DNA of 64,000 nucleotides, taken from NCBI GenBank assembly GCA_028711995.1, contig JAQTRE010000001.1, positions 33,799-97,798 on the forward strand. The letters are read 5' to 3'. Position numbers and translations under genes: made by a program. Positions 56,803 through 64,000 of this stretch are shown one piece after another. The notes under the pieces were generated by a model that was not told the origin of the DNA, searched no databases, and saw only the letters and a program-made list of their open reading frames with translations. The stretch comes from Dehalococcoidia bacterium. GTDB taxonomy: Bacteria; Chloroflexota; Dehalococcoidia; SZUA-161; SpSt-899. Position 1 is the stretch's first letter. Each line of letters begins with the position of its first letter.

Positions 56803-57594
56803 ATGAGCGAACCCCAAGCGCTATACAAAGTTGAAGGTCCCATCGGCATCATCACCCTGAATCGAACAGACACCAGAAATGCCTTCAGCTGGGAGATGGT
56901 CCGGCTGATTCAACAGTTCCTTGACGAGGCATCTGCAGACGATAAAATAAAGGTTTTGATCCTGACGGCCAACGGTGCCGCTTTCTGCGCCGGGGCGGAC
57001 GTCCGCGAGTTTGCCGAAGGCAGACTGCGGGGATGGGTATTCAAGAACTTCATGTGGGAAGGTCTGCACCACCTGAATCTCACCCTTACGGAAGACATGG
57101 ACAAGCCAATCATTGCAGCGGTCAACGGTCCTGCCATCGGCGCCGGGATGGACATGGCTCTGGCCTGCGATATGCGCGTCTCTTCCGATAAAGCCAAGTT
57201 CGCTGAATCCTACATCAACATGGGAATCATCGCCGGAGACGGTGGCGCATACCTGCTTTCCCGGCTGGTGGGAATTCCCAAGGCCCTTGAATTGATGTTG
57301 ACCGGGGATATGCTTTCAGCAGAGGAGGCCTTCGCGCTGGGAATCGTGAACAAGGTCGTCCCTCATGAGCGCCTCTTGGCTGAGACAATGGTCCTCGCGG
57401 AGAAGATCGCCAGCAAACCTCCCCTCGCCGTCCGTATGATGAAACGCTCCGTTTATCAGGCTCAAAACAGCTCATTCCGGAGCCACCTGGACTGCGTCTC
57501 CTCCCACAATGCCATGCTCTCCGAGACAGAGGATCATCAGGAAGCCGCCAGCGCTTTTATGGAAAAGCGCAAACCAACCTTCAAGGGAAAGTAA
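56803..57594 (+). CDS. Enoyl-CoA hydratase/isomerase (crotonase) family
   Basis: Crotonase fold (AFCAGADV...). The start was set at the ATG that has an AAGGAAG ribosome-binding site. Confidence 0.8.
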   Translation: MSEPQALYKVEGPIGIITLNRTDTRNAFSWEMVRLIQQFLDEASADDKIKVLILTANGAAFCAGADVREFAEGRLRGWVFKNFMWEGLHHLNLTLTEDMDKPIIAAVNGPAIGAGMDMALACDMRVSSDKAKFAESYINMGIIAGDGGAYLLSRLVGIPKALELMLTGDMLSAEEAFALGIVNKVVPHERLLAETMVLAEKIASKPPLAVRMMKRSVYQAQNSSFRSHLDCVSSHNAMLSETEDHQEAASAFMEKRKPTFKGK

Positions 57595-57686
57595 TCAAGC
57601 GTTTTTGTGCTCCTATAATACAGGGAGAGAATTTTTCACTTCCCCTTTTCTTGATGGTTTTTTCTGTATGGAGCTAAAGGAGATTC

Positions 57687-58109
57687 GTGCTTACCAAGAC
57701 TGAGATAAAGGTTCGAGGATATCACCTTGATGTGTATCAACATGTCAACAATGCTCGCTATCTGGAATTCCTTGAAGAGGGACGTTGGGTTTTCCTCGAA
57801 CAAAACCGAAGCTCCGACCAGTGGCATCATGGGCTTGATTTTGTTGTAGCCAATATAAACATCAACTATAGACGACCGGCGAAATTGGGTGACGTATTAG
57901 AAATACGAACTGATATATCTACTGTTCGGGCCAAAAGTGGTGTAATTCATCAGGAGATAGTATTTCGAGGTACGGAGTCTTTAGTTGCTGACGCGGATGT
58001 GACTTTCGCTATTCTGGACTCAAAAACTAAACAAGCTCTTCCTCTCAAAGAAAGTCTCTATACTTTTTTTGATAAGCTGGCTGAGTCAAAAGACATTGCC
58101 GAGAAATAG
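57687..58109 (+). CDS. Hot-dog acyl-CoA thioesterase (YbgC/4HBT-like)
   Basis: YHLDVYQHVNNARYLEF. Confidence 0.6.
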   Translation: MLTKTEIKVRGYHLDVYQHVNNARYLEFLEEGRWVFLEQNRSSDQWHHGLDFVVANININYRRPAKLGDVLEIRTDISTVRAKSGVIHQEIVFRGTESLVADADVTFAILDSKTKQALPLKESLYTFFDKLAESKDIAEK

Positions 58110-58114
58110 GTCAC

Positions 58115-58423
58115 ATGAAAGGAGCAGGAGGAAGTTCAACAAAAGCGATTCCCTCCGCACTGATTGCTCCTTGCGGAACGAACTGCCGCCTCTGCCGGGC
58201 CTACACCAGAGATAAAAAAGCATGCCCCGGTTGCCGGGGTGACGACAGTCTCAAATCAAAGTCCTGCGTCACGTGCCGGATCAAGAACTGCGAGAAAATA
58301 GCGAGCGGTCGAGCCAGATACTGCTTCAGTTGCGACAGCTTTCCTTGCGCCAGGCTGAATCACCTGGACAAACGTTACCGAAGCAAGTATGGCATGAGTA
58401 TGATTGACAATCTCAGCACATAG
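58115..58423 (+). CDS. Cys-rich DUF3795-like protein
   Basis: CGTNCRLCRAY..CPGCRG...CVTCRIKNCEK...CFSCDSFPC. Confidence 0.5.
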   Translation: MKGAGGSSTKAIPSALIAPCGTNCRLCRAYTRDKKACPGCRGDDSLKSKSCVTCRIKNCEKIASGRARYCFSCDSFPCARLNHLDKRYRSKYGMSMIDNLST

Positions 58424-58601
58424 AGAAGTCCGGCATCAGGTCCTTCATCAGAAACGAAAAAGAGAAGTGGCCCTGCCCGGAATGCGGTGAGTTGATCTGC
58501 GTTCACAAGCCGCAATGTCTTTCTTGCGGCCACAAGTGGCATTAGCCTCTCCTCGTAACCCACTCTTGACACAGATGCCTACACAATGCATACTGATGCA
58601 T

Positions 58602-58805
58602 ATGAGAACGACACTGAACATTGACGATGAAATCTTGCAGAAGGCTTCCGAGTTGACGGGTATTAATGAGAAAACATCATTGGTCAGACTGGGACTGGAA
58701 GCTTTGATCGCCAGGGAAAGCAGTAAAAGGCTGGCCAACCTTGGTGGAACCGAGAAAGACTTGAAATCCATCCCCAGAAGAAGGACGGCCGCCAAACGAG
58801 TATGA
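58602..58805 (+). CDS. vapB: VapB-type antitoxin
   Basis: MRTTLNIDDEILQKA. The stop overlaps the vapC start. Confidence 0.55.
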   Translation: MRTTLNIDDEILQKASELTGINEKTSLVRLGLEALIARESSKRLANLGGTEKDLKSIPRRRTAAKRV

Positions 58806-59161
58806 TCCTAGTGGATACTTCCGTCTGGGTATCCCACCTTAGAGGTGATGATGCTCACCTGCGAAAACTGCTGAATGACGGGAAGGTCTGTTGCCATCCC
58901 TTTGTTGTGGGGGAGTTGGCTTGCGGCAACCTCCAGAACAGAGCTGAAATACTGTCTCTCCTGCAATTGCTGCCAGCGGCAAAGACGGCTACTCATGAAG
59001 AGGTACTGCGATTTATCGAGACACAAAGCTTGATGGGCATTGGCCTCAGCTTCATTGATGTTCATTTACTTGCGTCGGCACTTTTATCAGAAGCACCTCT
59101 GTGGACATTCGATAAAGCTCTAAAGGCTGCTTCTACCAAATTGAATGTAGATTACCAGTAG
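58802..59161 (+). CDS. vapC: PIN-domain toxin VapC
   Basis: MILVDTSVWVSHLRGD...; acidic residues placed as in PIN domains. Confidence 0.75.
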   Translation: MILVDTSVWVSHLRGDDAHLRKLLNDGKVCCHPFVVGELACGNLQNRAEILSLLQLLPAAKTATHEEVLRFIETQSLMGIGLSFIDVHLLASALLSEAPLWTFDKALKAASTKLNVDYQ

Positions 59162-59451
59162 ATCGGTGTATCTCTCTGCTTCACCCCAAAGCCTGTCCGA
59201 GTCAATCTACACCGACCAACAAAGCGTTCATCTTTGAGCCTGGTCTTGCTCCTTCATGAAGCTCATAATATCCACAAATCCAAGGATGACCATTGAGACC
59301 GGGCTATTGCTTCCAGCTTCTGTTTGTGGTATACCTCTTCCATAACCCATTCAGGTCCACGATCCAGGCTTTCCAGCTTATCTATCCGCAGGGTCTTCCA
59401 TCAGTTTCAACGGGTTACTTCGTTCAAATCTGAGTAGAATGGAGGGATCAC

Positions 59452-60519
59452 ATGAAGAAGTACCGTGTCATCCAATGGGGTACCGGCCAGGTAGGAACAG
59501 GGGCGCTTCGGGGAATCATCGAAAATCCCCAACTCGAACTAATTGGAGTGGCTGTTTACTCCAAAGAGAAGAATGGCAAAGACGCCGGAGACTTATGCGG
59601 TCTGCCTCCTACCGGTATCAGGGCCACCACTGATCGTGCGAGCTTACTGGCGATGCAGGCAGATTGCGTCAGCTACAATGGTGTGGCGTTCAGTGGCGAT
59701 CCGGTGGTCGATGAAGTCGAGAGCATCCTCCTCTCCGGCAAAAATATCGCCTCCTCAGCCATCCTCAAACCATCGAAGAATGTTCCCGGCCGACATGGGG
59801 ACGTGAACACGGTCAGACGCCTCGAGGCCGCTTGTCAGAAAGAAAGCGTCTCCTATTTCGTCTCAGGACTGGATCCGGGTTTTGCCACAGATGTGTTGCC
59901 TCTGGTCCTTTCCGGCGTGTGCCAGCGCATCGAGTTTGCACACGTCACCGAGATCATGGATTACACCACCTATTTGAATGCCTACGCCATCATCTAGTTC
60001 ATGGGGTTCGGGAAACCCATTTTCACTCAACCGCCCAAGTACGTCGGGGAAATCTGGATTCCGCCTCTGTACGAATTGGCCGATGGTCTGGGCGTCGACC
60101 TCGATGACATCGTTGTCAGCTGTGAAGGTCGTCCTCTTGAAAGAGATGTGACCGTATTGGGCCATGGTTTGAAAGCCGGCACTATGGGTGCTTTGCGCTT
60201 CCGTGTAGAGGGCGTGGTCAAAGGAAAACCCGCCTTATGCATCGAGCATATCACCCGAATCGATCGAACCATCGCTCCCGATTGGCCACAACCTCCGGGG
60301 GGTGACGGAGGATACATCATCGAGATTGGCGGCAAGTTGAAGTATAAAGTCAGCCTGGAGTTCTCGATCGATGACGGCGACTTCATGAAAGCTGCTGCCT
60401 ATGCAACAGCCATGCGACTGGTCAACGCCATCCCGGCAATCTGTGAAGCGCGACCGGGCGTTCTTTCTGGATTTGAACTTCCGCTGATAACAGGCAGAGG
60501 CTTGCTCAAGGTGAATTGA
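59452..60519 (+). pseudogene. DapB-family NAD(P)H amine dehydrogenase (2,4-diaminopentanoate-dehydrogenase-like) interrupted by an in-frame TAG at 59995-59997
   Basis: ORFs 59452..59997 and 60001..60519 are in the same frame. The N-terminal half has the Rossmann motif RVIQWGTGQVG. The second half has no ribosome-binding site. Confidence 0.5.
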
Positions 60520-60796
60520 AAACATAGGCAGTTTTGCCAAGCATGAGGCCACAGAAAAGCAGCCTGACAAACGGTAGGTGAAAGTGATCCGGATGTGGAC
60601 CCACTACGAATAGTCAGCTGGCAAATTCTCCAACCCATTCAACCTGGCCATGGTGATCCAGACATCACCGGCAGGAAAGCCAAGGTAGATGGACATCGTC
60701 TCTGCTGCTTGGTGCGAGGAGGATGGATTCTGGTCAGAACAGGTAGTAATCCGGCTGTGAAGTCATAGCCAAGTTCGTGACCGCACAAACCAAGTT

Positions 60797-61078
60797 CTAC
60801 CCGCCGGTATGAGGCCTGATGATCGAAACCACATCGCCGTCTTTCAGAATCATCTCGTCCCTTTCAGACGGGGATACCCGCTTCCCATTGATCACCACCA
60901 TGTAGTGGAGTTTGATTTCTCCGGTCGTCTGATCAATGAAATCCATACCCAAGTGAGAACCGTGCGCTTCAACCAACCGTCCCATGAATTGCCTCAGCGT
61001 CGTATCTGGTTCCGCTTCCAGATAACGCTTCTCACTGAGAGCTTCTGTCCTGGGGTAGATTTCTACCCGTATCATCAT
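60797..61078 (-). CDS. MoaD/ThiS-like ubiquitin-fold sulfur-carrier protein (C-terminal GG)
   Basis: 93 aa ending ...IIRPHTGG. Confidence 0.6.
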   Translation of the reverse strand: MMIRVEIYPRTEALSEKRYLEAEPDTTLRQFMGRLVEAHGSHLGMDFIDQTTGEIKLHYMVVINGKRVSPSERDEMILKDGDVVSIIRPHTGG

Positions 61079-61554
61079 TTAGCCCTATTGCCATGCAAGA
61101 GGCTTACTTCCACAAAGCGAATAGCGCCGGTGGGACAAGACAAAACACATTGAGGATCGCCGCCGCAAAGATCGCATTTGACCAGTTGAAGGTCCTCAGG
61201 AACGAGTCGAATTGAACCGAAAGGACAGGCCAGCATGCATTCCCGGCAACCTAGGCAACTCTCCTTGCTGGTGTCAAGCCATACTATTCCCGTCTTCTCA
61301 TCGCGAAAGATCGGGGGAGCAAAAGGTTTTGTGCCCTTCCACGTTTTTTCGGCAGGACATGCTTTGATGCAGACAGGATTCCTGCATTGCCTGCAAACCG
61401 AAGGAACATCCGTCCCCGTTTCGGAATCAGAGTGGATCCTTATCCCGCTGCAGAACGGATTGAACTTCCCAGACTTCTTTTCAGAGCAAACCATCATACA
61501 TATACGGCACCCGTTACACAGCTTCGAATCGACCTGAATACTCTTCATCATTTT
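61075..61554 (-). CDS. Poly-[4Fe-4S] ferredoxin
   Basis: Multiple CxxCxxCxxxCP clusters. Confidence 0.7.
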   Translation of the reverse strand, partial: KMMKSIQVDSKLCNGCRICMMVCSEKKSGKFNPFCSGIRIHSDSETGTDVPSVCRQCRNPVCIKACPAEKTWKGTKPFAPPIFRDEKTGIVWLDTSKESCLGCRECMLACPFGSIRLVPEDLQLVKCDLCGGDPQCVLSCPTGAIRFVEVSLLHGNRAK

Positions 61555-61556
61555 TG

Positions 61557-63482
61557 TTACTTCTCCTGATATTCGGGGGTATTCTTTTGTGGCGGGAGTT
61601 TTCCCATGTCGCTCAACGCTTTGGCTACATCGTCCAAACCGAGCATCTCCAGCTTGGCTCTGCTGGGAATTCCGGTCTTGACGTCCCAATCCCTGAGTTC
61701 ATAGTATCGATCCAGCATTGATTCGAATTTCTCAGGATCAATTTCTTCACCTTTGCAGGGACCACCTTGAATGGGCTCTCTGGCTATTCTGCCCCGGAAG
61801 CGGTCATCTTCCCGGCTTATCCCTTCCCGCACGGCAAAGGCCCTCTCCAGAGCATTGATCCTCTCTGCCGCCAGCTTCATCTGTTCAGCATCCCGCTCGA
61901 TCCCAGTCGCGGCTGAGAAGAGATCCGCTGCCTCCTGGAAATGAATCTCCTGCTCAGCCCACCCAGAAATGAACTTGCATATCTCCACCGCGTCTGTCAT
62001 CGTGCAGAGGTTCTGGTAGTAGACCGTCGTCGCCGCCTTTTCGTAGGAGGTGGGATCGGCTTCCCGATCAGTGCCTATCAGGGTCTTCATTTTTTCCGGA
62101 GATATCGCCGGAGGGTAACCCTCCTCATGATGGCCGGGTATTGTGCTCGTTGATCCGGACAGCACATAAGCCTTCATCAATCTCGGATCATCCGACCCCA
62201 TTCCCATTCCTTTGCAGTGGCTGTAATCCTCCGCCGCCTTGCCGCCGATCTTCAGAGATGCTCGATACCCCCCTTCAGCCAGCAGATCACCGAACCCTTC
62301 TCTATTGCCGACCTTGTGAATCATGGCAATGATCGCATCGACATTGCCCCACTCCAGCTCAATGCCGTCCGTATCCTTTTGGGTGATGATGCCCTGCTGG
62401 TACCATTCCATCGCTGCGGCAATCGCAAACGGCAGCTCAATGGTGTCCATCCCGTACTGGTTGCAGAGGTTCAATATCCTGAACATAGACTCCAGACTGG
62501 AGTTTCCCAGGTTGGGACCGAAGGGATAGACGAGACCGCCCTCGACGCCCTCTCCCTTCTCACCTTTGTAAGGCCCGTCCTTTACTTCAAAGAAGTGGCT
62601 GCAATGCAGAGGACAGGCATGACAGGCCTTGTCCCTGGTGTAGTACTGGCTTATGCTGGATTTTTTGAAGTTCACGGCCCCCTCCCAGGGGCTGGCTTGC
62701 TGGAAGTTTCTGATGCTCAGAATACCAGCCTTATCTGCCACCAGCATGGATGCAGGAGATCCATGAACGGAGAAATAGCGATAGTACGGGTTCTGCATGA
62801 TCCGATTGGTGATCTCGCGTGTCAGTGCTATCATCCGTTTCGGATCGGCAACGCGAATGCTTCCCGTGCCTCTCACCGCTATGGCTTTGAGGTTCTTCGA
62901 GCCCATTACCGCACCCATTCCGGTCATGCCCGCCACACGGTGCATCGTGAACAGGATGACGGCAAATCTCACCAGCTTCTCCCCGGCAGGGCCGATGGAA
63001 GCCACCTTGATATTGGGATCGCCGAGCTCATTCTTGATCAACCGATCAGTTTCCCATGTGTTTCTGTTCCACAGATGTTTGGCGGGCCTGATGGTTACCG
63101 TATCATCATCGATGAAAATATAGACCGGCTCCTCTGCCCTGCCCCGAATCACAACATGATCGTAACCCGCCCACTTCAGCTCCGGACCAAAGCTCCCACC
63201 TACATTGGACATTCCTATGCCCGGGTAGGCGAAAGACTTGGCAGTCACGCTCATCCTGTTCGCCGAGGGTGCCACGGTTCCTCCCAGCGGTCCCGTCCCA
63301 AAGATCAGCAAATTATCAGGTGAGGCAGCATCGATCCCCGGCCGGACCTCGCTGAAGAGAATTCGGGAGTTGATCCCTCTGCCTCCCAGATAGTCTTTGC
63401 CCAACGATTGATCAAAGGGTTCCTTCCTGATCTTTCCGCAGGAAAGGTCAACATCCAGTATGGTCCCTGCCCATCCGTACAT
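61557..63482 (-). CDS. aor: Aldehyde:ferredoxin oxidoreductase (tungsten AOR family)
   Basis: N-terminus MYGWAGTILDVDLS...YLGGRGIN and a length typical of AOR. Confidence 0.85.
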   Translation of the reverse strand: MYGWAGTILDVDLSCGKIRKEPFDQSLGKDYLGGRGINSRILFSEVRPGIDAASPDNLLIFGTGPLGGTVAPSANRMSVTAKSFAYPGIGMSNVGGSFGPELKWAGYDHVVIRGRAEEPVYIFIDDDTVTIRPAKHLWNRNTWETDRLIKNELGDPNIKVASIGPAGEKLVRFAVILFTMHRVAGMTGMGAVMGSKNLKAIAVRGTGSIRVADPKRMIALTREITNRIMQNPYYRYFSVHGSPASMLVADKAGILSIRNFQQASPWEGAVNFKKSSISQYYTRDKACHACPLHCSHFFEVKDGPYKGEKGEGVEGGLVYPFGPNLGNSSLESMFRILNLCNQYGMDTIELPFAIAAAMEWYQQGIITQKDTDGIELEWGNVDAIIAMIHKVGNREGFGDLLAEGGYRASLKIGGKAAEDYSHCKGMGMGSDDPRLMKAYVLSGSTSTIPGHHEEGYPPAISPEKMKTLIGTDREADPTSYEKAATTVYYQNLCTMTDAVEICKFISGWAEQEIHFQEAADLFSAATGIERDAEQMKLAAERINALERAFAVREGISREDDRFRGRIAREPIQGGPCKGEEIDPEKFESMLDRYYELRDWDVKTGIPSRAKLEMLGLDDVAKALSDMGKLPPQKNTPEYQEK

Positions 63483-63533
63483 GCCGCTCTGCTCCTTTAC
63501 GTTTAATCGGCATCCGTCTGTCTGTAAAATCGG

Positions 63534-63986
63534 CTATCTGACAATCAACGGGCTCTTGAAATTGCGCAGGTCCGGCACGAAGTTGGCGAAGGTGTTGGGA
63601 TAAACGATCCCCGGTTTGGCCCCGCAAACAATGGGAATGGTTTGTATGATGTTAACAGCAGTGGTATACCATGCAGGCGCGGTCCGATCACCTTCAAGAA
63701 AGCGAAGGTTCTTCTCGGCCGAGGCCAGCAGCTCGAACTTGCACCTGACGGAAACCGGCTGCCCTTCGATAATAATGGTATAGTAGTCACCGGGAAGCAG
63801 CCCCTCCTCGAGGTCATCATCATCAACGTACCATATCTCCTCCAGGGTGAGGAAGCGTTTGCCATCCACAATGGCATGATATGAAAAATCGCATCCTGCC
63901 CGGGTACCCTTTTTCACGGTCAGCGGAATCAAGTTGATATCCTTTCGGGCAACGAAATAATTCTTCTCCGTCTCCATGCGCTCCAC
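63534..63986 (-). CDS. Hypothetical protein
   Basis: ORF. Confidence 0.35.
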   Translation of the reverse strand: MERMETEKNYFVARKDINLIPLTVKKGTRAGCDFSYHAIVDGKRFLTLEEIWYVDDDDLEEGLLPGDYYTIIIEGQPVSVRCKFELLASAEKNLRFLEGDRTAPAWYTTAVNIIQTIPIVCGAKPGIVYPNTFANFVPDLRNFKSPLIVR

Positions 63987-64000
63987 CTCGACTCCCAGAA

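Overview
The window has three parts. Bases 1-8910 (all minus strand) hold a tightly coupled type I restriction-modification operon (hsdR-hsdM-hsdS) followed by an extra translationally coupled unknown gene that runs off the left edge. A single-gene GHKL-ATPase/PD-(D/E)xK-nuclease fusion lies just upstream of it. Bases 8985-34294 are a prophage or defective prophage inserted at the 3' end of tRNA-His. Its genes include a tyrosine integrase, cI-like/Cro-like immunity genes, a RecT/Rad50-like/MBL recombination module, an SF2 helicase, a phage tRNA-Trp, a replisome organiser with embedded iterons, a DnaC-like loader, RusA, a block of unknown early genes under duplicated near-consensus promoters with a divergent RHH regulator, and a ParB/Dam-like/DUF488/ASCH/DUF5131/ParB/DUF3560 cluster. 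It also carries a LuxR-type regulator, TerS/TerL, portal and Mu-F-like head morphogenesis genes, and no capsid, tail or lysis genes appear before the defence island begins. Bases 34406-64000 are host core genes: DUF763, aroC, aroE, two secreted glycoside-hydrolase-like paralogs, ruvX, a DUF433/DUF5615 toxin-antitoxin pair, alaS, degV, a FAS II cluster (fabG, fabF, fabL-like, acpP, plsX and a hot-dog dehydratase pair), ribF, tyrS, an acyl-CoA carboxyltransferase/crotonase/thioesterase cluster, vapBC, a DapB-family amine dehydrogenase split by an in-frame TAG, and MoaD-like/ferredoxin/aldehyde:ferredoxin oxidoreductase. No CRISPR array and no rRNA were seen. The source is probably an anaerobic bacterium (inferred from the tungsten aldehyde:ferredoxin oxidoreductase and DUF763). 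All calls rest on motif recognition and my own translation; no database search was possible.
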